Of a stretch of 64,000 nt of DNA, positions 12,926 to 23,864 are shown piece after piece; the stretch's first letter is position 1; each line of letters starts with the position of its first letter. The translations under genes and the position numbers were made by a program. A model generated the notes under the pieces. That model was not told the origin of the DNA. It did no database searches and saw only the letters and a list, made by a program, of their open reading frames with translations. Source of the stretch: Camelus dromedarius (Eukaryota); NCBI RefSeq assembly GCF_036321535.1, contig NC_087437.1, forward strand, positions 45,820,001 through 45,884,000, in the 5' to 3' direction.

Positions 12926-13491
12926 TGTAAGCAGATAGGTTAAGGGGGTCCCTGGACAAAGAGAACCAGGAATGGCTTGCTTAACATAAGAGAAGCCATT
13001 TTGTGATCTAAGCCTGGCCACAGTGCTTGTCCTTAATGATCGTAGGGGAACAAAGGAATTCAGGAACAGAGAAAAGGCAGTCAAACAGCAGTGCCGTGAT
13101 AAAGCCGGTCCCAGTCCCTCCTCAAGGGGTCAACCTGACCTAACAGCACATCTGAGCTCTGCAGGAACTCAGGTCCCCACCCAGGTAGTGTAGGAAATGA
13201 GGATGTCGACCCTCCCAACCTCAGTCACCTAAGACTTGGACTCTGCCGACCTTCGCCCCAGTTCTGCACTGAAGTCTCCTCTGCTCAAGCCCCTTCATGA
13301 AGTAAGAACATACTCTTAGCCTAAAAATTCCTCAGTTTTGCTGTTCAGGGAGACACTGCTTTTGGAAGGACCCCCAATGTTCTCCTTACTCGCTTTAAGT
13401 AACAATAAATCCTTCTTTCTCCCACTCTTTGGCTTGGTTGTGTCTACTGGCTTGACACCCACCAAGAGGTGAACCCAGTTTTCAGGCAGCA
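12926..13491 (+). mobile_element. ERV1-class solo LTR
   Basis: Starts tgtaagcag, ends ...ggcagca, near-TSD gggg/ggga, AATAAA at 13404-13409 followed by U5-like sequence. Confidence 0.8.
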
Positions 13492-14049
13492 GGGATGGAA
13501 CACAAAAATGCCAAGGCACGTGGGGCAAACACAGCTGCCCAGCAGGTATCTGTGCTCCTTTTCCCGAGTGTAGAGCCGTTAACAGAAATGGCTGGCCAGC
13601 CCGGGAACACTTTCCCCCTTCTCCGCCCACCCCCTCTTCACATCTAGATGTAGCATGTGATTTGTTCCTACTAAGGGGATGTGAGCAGGAGGAATGTGGC
13701 GCTTCCTGGCTGAGACGGTTAAAAAGACAGCGTGCCTTCTCCACACTCCTCTGGCCGTGCACGCACCGGGTGACATTGGAAACACATGTCAAATACGGTG
13801 GAGCCACCAAATGGAGCAATTCTGAATCCCTGAATCACTTCTCAGCAAAGCGACTGCCTCGCTGGGAACACCCACGCTAAACTGTTCAGTGAGTGAGAGA
13901 TAAACTGAATCTACTGCAGAAGCTGATGTTATCATAACTCATCACACGAGTTTTAAAAAGGAAAATAACTCAGTACAATTCTGTGTGGCGTCTGGCCGTT
14001 GTAGTGTACATAGCTAGAAGAAACTATTTAATTGCATTAAAAGGTACCT

Positions 14050-14960
14050 AGTTTACACATGTCTGATCAGAGTGTAAATTTGTACAACTGTGAAAAATTG
14101 TTTGGCAAAATTTAAAGCTGCATCCTTGCATATTCTGTGACGCCAACTACCCATTCTCCCATCGTAAATATGTACACCTGTTCATCAGAAACATGTACCA
14201 GGATGTAGTCTATACACAGTGAAACAGTCAGCCTGAAGAGGGAAGGAAATCCTGACACCTGCTAGAACATGGATGAACCCTGAGGATGTTCTGAGAAATG
14301 AAATAGGGCAGACACAAAAAGAAACACTGTGTGATTCCGCTCTGGAATAGGTACCTAGAAGGGTCTAACTCATAAAAACAAAGTAGAATGGCGGTTGCCA
14401 GGGGCAGGAGGAGGAGTGGGCTGGGGGTTGTTGTTTAGTGGATACAGAGTTTTGGTTCTGCAAGATGAAGAGTTCTTGAGAAAGGTTGTACAACCACAGG
14501 AACGTCCTTAACACGACTGACTTGTACCCTTAAAAATGGTTAATATAGTAATTTTTATCTTATATGTATTTTACCAAAACTAAGTATAAACACAAACAAA
14601 CAAGCAAACCATGTACTAGAATGTTCTGAGTAGCACATTTCATAACAGCTGGAAACTGGAAACTAGACAAACGTCCTCCAGCGGAAGATAAGTAAATCAT
14701 GGGCCGTCCACCCACTGGAGCATTACACAGGAATAAGACACATGTGACCTATGACATGAAACCATATGAATAAATATTACAAACATAATGTGAAGCAGAA
14801 GACGCCAGAGCAGCCCTCCAAAAAAAATATATACTATATGATTCCATTTATATGAAGTACAAAAACAGGCAAAAGTCTTCAACAATGTTAGAAGTCACAG
14901 TAAGAGCTCAGGTCATGGCTGAAAAGAAGCTGAGTCGGGGCAGGGATATTTTTGTATTAT
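14050..14960 (+). mobile_element. Old L1M 3' fragments with a nested L1MB-type 3' end (~14205-14585)
   Basis: gaaggaaatcctgacacctgctagaacatggatgaaccctgaggat...gtagaatggcggttgccagggg...atatactatatgattccatttatatgaagt. Confidence 0.8.
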
Positions 14961-16747
14961 TATTACATTTCTATTTTTAAAAATTTTTATGATATCAATT
15001 TCTAAAATACATTTCTAAAATTTTCTATATCCTCTAAAAAAAAGGAATTATAGACTCAAGGGGAAGAAAAAGTCCAAAAGTGCACCGTCACTCTTGCCCG
15101 AGGCTGGTAGAAGCTCTGAAGCAGCTGAGGCAAATGAATTGAGAATTTGTATGTGGATGATCAACGCAAATCAGGACACCTCAGAATTCTTATGACTCTA
15201 TAAATGGCCCACTGTATACAGATTACCTACTTCGTCAAATTATCATTCATCTAGGAGGACCAACAAGAAATGTGTTTAACAATTAAAATTCTATGGTAAT
15301 TTCACACTCAACAATGCCTTGTGTTCATAATTTCAACATCAGATCTGATTGAATATGATTAAATATGGTCTGTGCTTTCCAAAACGGATTGCATGTTGGA
15401 TCTAGATGAACTCATTAGTAGCTAATGCTGGAGAGATCTTTCTAAATGCTAGTGTTTAGCTGCCTTTGGCTCATTAATTAGTTTAAAGATTGTATAATTA
15501 TCAAAGCTTTTGATTTGAGTACACATCTACCACTTTTTATTACTGAATGATGCTTGTTTGCATGTGAGCATAAAAATTATGTCATCCAAAGACTTAGGGC
15601 ATAATACAAAATGATCATACAGATCGTGTATTTGGAAAGAAAAAAAAGAAGTGTCAGAGGGGGATGTGCACCCAAACAAATGATGAGCAGTTGGCACCTC
15701 CACAAATTCTCTTCTCCAGAACAGAAGCAATGAAAACAGAAGCAGAGATGGCCAAGGAGCCAAATGCTGGGAGAACAGGGGTAAACCCAGTGCATGGGAA
15801 AGAGCAGCAGTCTGGTCCGATTCAAAAGTTCACAGCCCCATCCAAAAACTCTGCTTGGGGGGAAATCCAAGGTGACAGGAGTAATCCAAATTCCAATTCT
15901 TTTGGAATCCGATCACTGGAATCTTCTGTCAAAGGCAAGATCATATGGGGTTGTTACAGAATTAGAACAACTAGAAACACAATGAGAAACGTTTAGATAC
16001 TCCACGATTTTCTTTCACACTCGGGGCAAGGATTACCGACTGTAGTCACCTACAGAAGGGCGATTTGACGTGGGCCTAGCGTTCATTCCGGGTCACCATC
16101 ATCACACACTGGAGGAGAGTCTCGTCGGTCGGAGACTAAGCCATGTCATCCTCTCTCAGCAAAGAGCAAAGGCAAGAACCAAGCGCTAGAGGCGCTCCGG
16201 GGAAAGGAGAAGTGAGGTGCACAGCGTTCTGGTAGATCCCACACAGCCAGCCCGCCCACTTCCCTATGATTTCCAGCAACAGGCAACCTCCTTGCCAGTA
16301 ACAGGAGTAGATGGGCACAGACATTTAAATCAGGAAGCATTTTTAGATGGCAACCTACTGATGTCTCTGTCAGCAACCAGGTTTATAACTATCACCATCA
16401 GTGCTCAGCGCCCATGGGAAGACATTTGTGGGACACTTTTATCCAGAGAGCCAGCACAAGCAGACTTCTTAATGACATCTGATACATTTTGGAGGGTCTG
16501 GGGTTTAAAGGGGATCTCACATTGGTCTGTTCCATTATGCCTGCAAATTACTTAGACGGGCAGGAGGACTCCCTAGGAACTAAATTAAGATCACTGAAAG
16601 GAAAAAGGGCTGGGAAAGCTACAGGAATAGTAATGCATGAGACGCATGGTAAGAACTATAGACAGTTTCGCCTCTTCAACATTCTGTATTGTCCTAACAC
16701 TCCCCAAACAGGCTTTCAGAGTCACGTCCAAGCATGATCACCTAGGG

Positions 16748-17069
16748 CTATGGTCTGAGTATTTGCCACCACCCTCCTGCCCCGGCCAAATTCATATGTT
16801 GGGAGCCTAACTTTCAAAGTGATGGCATTAGGAGATGAGGCCTCTGCCCTCATGCATGGGACTAGCGCCCTTATAAAAGGGGGGCCACACAGACCCTTCT
16901 GCCCCAGAAGGACGCAACCCAGAAGAGGGTCCTCATTTGACCAGGTTAGCTGGTACCTGGTACCCTCTTCTCAGACTTCCAGCCTCCAGAACTGTGAGGA
17001 GTAAGTTCCTGCTGCCTATAAGCACCCCATTCTGTGGTGTGCTGTTCCAGCAGCCCGAACAGACTGACA
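16748..17069 (+). mobile_element. MLT1A-type MaLR LTR
   Basis: gctatggtctga...aaattcatatgttg...cagacttccagcctccagaactgtgag...cagcagcccgaacagactgaca. Confidence 0.8.
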
Positions 17070-17233
17070 CCCACCTCCTGTAATCCCTGGCAATGGCCAC
17101 TCAGGTAACACAGAGGAAAGCACCCTGGTCTCAGGTAACCTGGACATGTAACTCTTGATAAGAATGACAACTAGTCACGTATAATCCAGGATAGTTCTCA
17201 CGTGCTCACGCAATGAACATTTACACATGAAGT

Positions 17234-17764
17234 TGTAGGGGAGCAAGGTCCGCCACCTCAAAGTCTGTCATGAGGATGAACTTAGGCTGATTATTTTAAG
17301 AAAGACAAGACTCGGGAAGTTTTTCTCGTTACCTCCCCCTTAACTGTCTGAAAGAAGGTCTATAAAGGGCCTGTTCCTGGGGTAGAGCTATCACCAGAAA
17401 TATCTGCAAAGAATACGGGATGGGTGTGGTGTGGAAACTCTTAAGATCAAAGTCCACTCCGTGTCCCCTCGTCTCTGTATGGCCCAGCAAACATCTGTCC
17501 AAACATTTGCTCTTCCTCGTCCATGTAAACCACCTTCCTCCCCTTTGAAGTCTCAAACCACTACCCACAACATCATTTGTACTTGGTATTTAAGGTGAGT
17601 TTCGGCCATTTCGATGAGCTACTCAGATTTCCCTAGGTCTCGCCCATGTACACGTTATTCAGCTACTTTCGTCTGTCTTCTGTTAATCTGTCTCATGTCA
17701 GTTTAACTCTTAGACCAGCCAGAAGAAGCTGGAAGGGGAGAGGACAATGTTTTCCTCCCCCACA
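17234..17764 (+). mobile_element. ERV1 solo LTR (MER34/MER39-like)
   Basis: Begins tgtagggg, ends ttttcctcccccaca; tgttaatctgtctcatgtcagtttaactcttagaccagcca near the 3' end is typical of this group. Confidence 0.65.
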
Positions 17765-17769
17765 TCCTC

Positions 17770-19740
17770 GTCTGCATTGTTGACAGCTGTTGCCCTAACA
17801 TCCCTATTACAACCCACAGGAGGCGGGGATGAGCCAAAATTCAGAGGAATGAGCTTGTCTTTAAGTTGCATATCATCTCCGAGTTATACATACCACTTCA
17901 GCTCACTTCCTATTTGCCAAAAATTAGTCACACATCCACACCTACCTGGAAAGAGAGCAGGGGGATACGTAGCAACTTCCCAAAGCCCACCCCTCCGATC
18001 ACCCCAGTATCTGCACGTACCCTTTTCTTCCTTCGCAGAGTACACTTACCCCTACAGTACAGGAGACGGGTTAAGGTCCTATCCTGCTACTGCACCCAGC
18101 TTAAAGTCCAAGATACCCGGGCAATCCGCAGCCTTTCCCACCAGATCTGGATGTGTCTCCTAGTCAACAAGTTACCAGCTCATTCCCTCCCCCAAGCCCC
18201 ACCGATCCACCTCTGTACCCACCACAACCTCAATAAACAATGGTGGATAAGACAATGTGCACAATCGTCATTTCTTCTCAGAACAGAGAAGCAAATGCAC
18301 AGCAGTCACTGGTCCTTAGCAATGATATAATCTCGCTGGGCAGTGGTTATAATAGGACTGGCTCTGGCAGTGGAGTATTTTCATGGTTAGACTTTAGTTC
18401 TGGTTTCTAGGAGGCCTTTCTTTGTCCACTGTCCCCTTAGCCTGTGGCTTTGCCTCAGTGGTTCTTCCTTGTCCCTTGTCCCCCATGGCCACATCTGAGT
18501 TGGAGATATTTATTTCCTGAGCCCTCCTTCAAGGATGCCCAGTTCCTTTCAGACTGCTTCCTACCAGTACAGCTTTAGGAGCCTGAGGATTACAGGAAAA
18601 TCGAACCATCATAGGTCTGTGCTTTGTTTGGCAATAAAATTTGCTCAAATGCATGACAGGTCTCTGATCTGTTTGATTCTGCTCTGATTTAATGTGTCAG
18701 TAACCACCTAGAATTCTTTACTGGACATTATTTCTTAAGCCTGTTTTACTTCCTGGCTTCAGAGCTCAGCCATCAGTCTCTCCCCACTTAAAAGGTAACT
18801 CCCTTGAGTCCATCTGACCCAGTAGACGACCTGATCTTTGTTGCTAGGTCTAATTCCCCGTGTTTTGGTTGAGAATCTTTTAATGGGAGGACTTTGAAGA
18901 ACGCCCTTAGTAACAGTTTATTTTCTGCCTTTGTGGGATTTAAGTACAGTTGGTTTTTCCAACCACGTAGGGTTCTATTATCTTCCAGCTCCTCCTGCAA
19001 ACTGGCCATTTCTCCTGGGCTCATTTCTTTCTAATAACCACCTGTGGAAAGCAGCAAAAGTAGCCAATATACAAATAATCTGGCTCTTTCCAACTGTTTT
19101 TTCTAGGCTAATGATTGAACAGACATGGGGTCTGTCTTCCAATAACTGGAGAAGACAATCTTACCATATATTGCCTTGACATTACAAAGTTTATCAGCTT
19201 CCGAAAATCTGAAATTTCTCTTTTTTGCATTGCCCACTGTCAAACACCCAGGGCATTCTTGCCTCTGTTAGGTTTTTGTGATAAGTACCAATATCTGTAT
19301 TAATCAGAATAAGAATGACGCGGCTAAAACAAGGCAGCAAAAATAAGTGGCTTCAGGAAGACTATCTTCCATCCCTCTCCTGAAACAGCCTGGGGGGCCT
19401 GTCCCTTCTGCAGGAGCCCCGGCTCTTTCATCTGGTCGTTCTGCATTACCCGAGGGCTCTGCCCTTCGTGGTTGAAGCTGAGCGGCCATGGTTGAAACTA
19501 CAGCGATACCAGCCCACAGAGAGGGGAAAAACAAAGTCCAAAGACAGCAGCTTCTTTCTCAGAGAGCACTCAACATAATAATCCTACTCACAACCCACCC
19601 GCTCAGATTCCAACCTAGGCTACTAACTGGGTGCTGTCTGGGTGTTGGGAGAGGAAAAGGAAACACCAGAGGGGATCATCTGGCTACTGCTACTGCGGGA
19701 AGGAATTTGGAAAGTGGGCTAAGCCCGTAGGAAAACTGTA
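17770..19740 (-). mobile_element. Degenerate MLT1-type MaLR element with internal sequence
   Basis: LTR-like blocks at ~17800-17960 and ~19296-19740 flank ~1.3 kb; junction gtaccaatatctgtattaatcag resembles the reverse MaLR internal/LTR boundary. Confidence 0.5.
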
Positions 19741-19980
19741 CAATCCTACCAACTGCATTGGGGCAAATATCCATCTTTACTAGCTTAGAGTAAACAAATT
19801 AGTTCTCAAAGTGTGCCAACTTTAAGGCCTAGTAAACCCAGATAGGCAGAAAGTTAGGTCATTCCCAGGTCCCTTCCCCCATGTCCTCAAATCCCCACGA
19901 CTGTTCATTTATACCCCAAGTTACTCCCACCATGACTGATGAAGCCCAAAACCAGAGTATCTTGGGACCCGGAGGCTTAC

Positions 19981-20380
19981 CAGCATCTCCCCGGGTACTG
20001 GCTGTGTGAGACGTGCTGCCGAGCCCGGTCTGGCCGCCGAGTGCGCAGCAAGCCAGACCTCAAGGTTTGCAGCCAAGCGAGGAGCTTCGCTGGCCTGAGC
20101 CACGGGCTCCGCTCCAGGCATTTACGTGATGAAGCCGAGGCGTGGGGAGGGAGCGTGCGGAAAGGTAATGGGAGGCAGGGAAAAGCTGAGGTGACCACCG
20201 CCCTGAGCAGGTACAGCTAAGCTACGAGCCTCCTCACGGGGGACGTGCTCAGAGCGTAGCCGTTAGCGCGTTCCGAGGGTGGAGCTTCGGCCGTCTGACG
20301 TCAAAGGTCACCAAGCGGACACTCGCACATGCCCAGTCGGAGGGTCGGCGGTCTTAGCCCGTCATAATCGGGTGGAACTC
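19981..20380. promoter_or_regulatory. CpG-island-like patch, candidate enhancer/orphan promoter
   Basis: About 35 CpG in 400 bp by hand count, GC-rich; full CRE TGACGTCA at 20296-20303 overlapping AAAGGTCA at 20303-20310. Confidence 0.45.
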
Positions 20381-21267
20381 CAGCTGGACACAGCTGATTC
20401 TAGGTTCTTAAAAACAATCGAGGCAAACATCTTATTATCTAGGCTACACGGGGTTCAGAGGACGTGCACGTTTTTTTGTAAAAAAAAAAACAATGGGAGG
20501 AGCTGGATCAGTGAAGGCAGGTTACAGATGTAATGGGTGACACATGATGAGCTCACGTTCAGACGCTGAGCACCACCTCCCTGTCCTAGTGCAGCGCGGC
20601 CAGAAAGCAGAGGCTTGCTCTGGCTGCTGTCCTCTGCACACCTCTGAAGGCAGCTGCAGCTCAGCTGCCCTCCTAAAACCATTTGAGGCTTCTGCAGGCC
20701 TGGGAGTTTGGGTCCAGCTCACTCCAGTCCCAGGGAGTCAGGAAGTCCTTCCTTCACCAGTGCTCACCTCCCACTGTCTCAGAATTTCCCGCTTCCTGTG
20801 ATGACTGATGGTGACAATATCCATTCCCTTCAGCTGTCACCACAGGTGCCTTCTGGACCCCAGGGTCGCAACAAGGCAACGACAAAAACATGGCCTGACT
20901 TTGGCACATTCCCCAAAGTCAAGGCTCTTTTATCAGTTGAATGTGATTATTTTGTTACAAAAATATTAAGTAAGCTCAGGTCAGACTTGGGGGAAAAAAA
21001 AAACTTTAAGTAAATTCCAGTGACCCCTAATGTGGATGCTTCATCCTATGAGATCAACTACTCAACATTTCAATCAGACAATCCCATTGAGCCCTTCGGA
21101 AATAACCTTAGATTGTTCAAGTCGTTGCTGGGTGTTATTTATTGTACAATATTTGTTGGCCATCTATCACAAGCAGCGTAACAGAACAACCTTTCTACCT
21201 CCATTTCTGCATGAGATGAGAAGACACATAATCCATGCATGAAAAGATTCCCACCATTCAGTGAAGT

Positions 21268-21478
21268 AAAACATGATAAATAAACAAGCTTATACTGTAC
21301 AGCACAGGGAACTATGTTCAATACCTTACAGTAACCTATAATGAAAAAGAATATGAAAACGAATATATATGTATATGTATGACTGAAACATTATGCTGTA
21401 CACCAGAAACTGACACAACACTGTAAACTGACTACATGTCAATTTAAAAATGGTTACAAAGACAAAAATAAAAAAATG
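21268..21478 (+). mobile_element. Short LINE-1 3'-end fragment
   Basis: tatactgtacagcacagggaactatgttcaatacctt...tatgctgtacaccagaaactgacacaaca; flanked by atgataaa repeats (possible TSD). Confidence 0.82.
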
Positions 21479-21936
21479 ATAAAGCTAAGTGTGGTCAGAT
21501 TTCTGATGAATCATTCAACACTAATGTGGGGAGCTTCAAAGTGGCACTTGCTCAGATTCTAGGATAAGGGATGTGTAGTACGCAGAGATGAGAGAAAAAA
21601 GCCTTGAACGTAGAGAAAGCATCTTGTGAAGAAGAGCAGGAGCAGCAAAACTAGACAAGACGCCACGCTGTGCCCAGGGAGTGGCCAGGTGTGTGTTTGC
21701 AGTGGAGAAGCCATCCATCAGTGTGCAGCGGGAGGGGAGGCTGGGAAGGCAGAGGGGTCTACACTCTGAAGAGTTCGAACCTCTATCAGGGCTGCACTCT
21801 ACCTCTGTGGTGATGGCACATGAAAGGGAGAAGGAGACAGAGAGACCCAGTCAGAAAACCAAACCAAGAAACTTTAAATCATACGGGCATATGTACAGTT
21901 GTACTTCTCAAACTTAAGAAGTTTACTTCTTTACCC

Positions 21937-22407
21937 TGGAGGGGAGGGGAAAGTGTTCTTTTTCCTTCTACCCTTCTGGAGTAGGTTCTGGGCTGGGCTG
22001 TCTACCCAAAGACAGATTAACAACAGCAAAGCATACAAATGTATTTCATACATGATTTATGTGACACGAGAGCCTTTGTGAGGAATGGAGATTTGAGAAC
22101 CGGCCACACCTGAGTGTTGTTACACTGGGTTTGATGAAGAGTGGAAAATTCTGGGAAAATGTGATCACATGAAAGCCCGTGTGCTAACAGCACAGCCCGT
22201 TTGTTCATATTCCTCTGGAGATAGGATGCTGTTTTCCTGCAGGCACAGGGAGGGCACCTCTCTGGTGAGGGTCTTCTGACCTGCTTCAGGGGAGAAAAGG
22301 GCAGCCGGAGAGTCCTTCCAGCGCTTTCCGTTTCTCACATTCCTTCAGCGTCAAACCTCAAATACCAGGGTGCCATACTGTAGGGCAGCATGTACCGAAC
22401 CCTGTCA
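21937..22407 (-). mobile_element. MER31-like ERV1 LTR
   Basis: Ends ggtgccatactgtagggcagcatgtaccgaaccctgtca, resembling the reverse complement of the MER31 start; aaagacagattaacaacagcaaagcataca near the other end. Confidence 0.65.
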
Positions 22408-22881
22408 ACACCTTTGGAATTTTAATTTAGTATAGAATTATTTCCCAAATGTCAGTTCTTCTGTAAACATAAGCTCATTTCCAACACATTTCCAACAGGC
22501 TGTTTTTTTGTTTTTTGTTTTTTTTAAAGCTGCAACTTGCTTGGGAGACTCTGGGAACTGGCCCTTCACAGCTAATATGAGACAGATACGCCTTCTAGAA
22601 AACTAAGATGCCAGTTTTTAAATATTGGAAGTTTAAGGAACAAGATGTCAACAAATTTAAATTTCTCAGTTAAAAAATAAGGTACATTTCAGGTGCCAAG
22701 CCCAGTGGAGGGCTCTGGGGCTATAAAAACAAGACTGATGGGGGTCCCTACACTCAGAGAGCCTCCATCCACGGGCAAAAGACCCTGCAGAAGAAATCAC
22801 TAAGCACCGGGAGCTGCCAAACCTCAGACAGGCATCCAGCCCCAACTGACGAGTCAGGGAGCCTGGCTGAAGGAAGCTGGA

Positions 22882-23353
22882 TGTGTTTACTAGCATCGTT
22901 AAAACAAATGACTACAAACTGGGTGACCCAAAAGAACCAAAACATATTCTCTCACAGTCCCAGAGGCCAGAAGTCAGAAGGCAGTCTACCTGGGCTGAAA
23001 TTGGGTGTCAGCAGCGCCGCACTCTGCAGCCTCTTCGGGAAAACCCTTTCCTGGCTTCTTTCTGCTTCTGGAAGTTGCCGGCTGGCTTTGGCCTGTGGTC
23101 ACATCACTCCATCCTCCCCTTCCACAGTCACACTGCCGCCTTCTCCTGTGTCCAGCCTCCTTCTGCCTTCCTTTAATAAGGAGACACCTGATGGCACCTT
23201 GCACCCACTTGGAGGATCCAGGATAATCTCCCCGCTTCAACATCTTTAATCATATCTGCCAACTTCTGGGTCTTTGTCGTATAAGGCAACATGAACATGT
23301 TCTGAGGGTTAGGACGTGGTGTCTTTTGGCGAGTCATTGTTTGGCCTATCACA
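22882..23353 (-). mobile_element. MLT1C-type MaLR LTR
   Basis: tattctctcacagtcccagaggccagaagtc...gataatccaggataatctccc-like motif...ttaatcatatctgc...ggttaggacgtgg. Confidence 0.8.
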
Positions 23354-23544
23354 TAAGTCACTTCTCTGGTAGGGCTTCAGAGATAATTAGGAGTTAGCTT
23401 CCGTGTTTGTCCCTCTCTCTGCCCTCCAGTATTGTGGTCCCAGAGGCTTGGTTTGCATTAAGACACCTTCATTTGCAGAACATTTAACTGAGGTTAGGTG
23501 CATGATAAGTGAAAACTGAATTATTTTTTAAACTGTAAATCCAC

Positions 23545-23864
23545 TGCTTTAAACTGAATGTTTGTGTCTCCCCAAAACGCATACATTGAAAGGTGATTCG
23601 GTCATGAAAGTAGAATCCTTGTGAATGGGATTAGTGCCTTTCTAAAGGAGACTCCAGAGCACTTCCTTGCCGCTTCCCCCGTGGGTGGACACAGCAAGAC
23701 GACGCCATTCAGGAAGCAGGCGCCGGGCCCTCACCAGGCAGGGGGTCAGCCAGCACCTTGATCTTGGCTAGCTCGGCCTCCAAAGCTGTGAGAAGTAAAC
23801 GTTTGCTGTTGAAGCCACCCTGTCTATGGTATTATTGTTGTAGCAACTGGAACAGACCAAGCCA
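23545..23864 (+). mobile_element. MLT1A/B-type MaLR LTR
   Basis: actgaatgtttgtgtctccccaaa...atgggattagtgcc...cagcaccttgatcttgg...aagccaccctgtctatggtatt; near-TSD tccac/gccac. Confidence 0.82.

Noticed and set aside
15527..18330. Cluster of 100-150 aa ORFs (15664, 16217, 17747, 17866)
   Set aside because: No splice-consistent gene structure or recognisable intact domain; they overlap decayed repeats.
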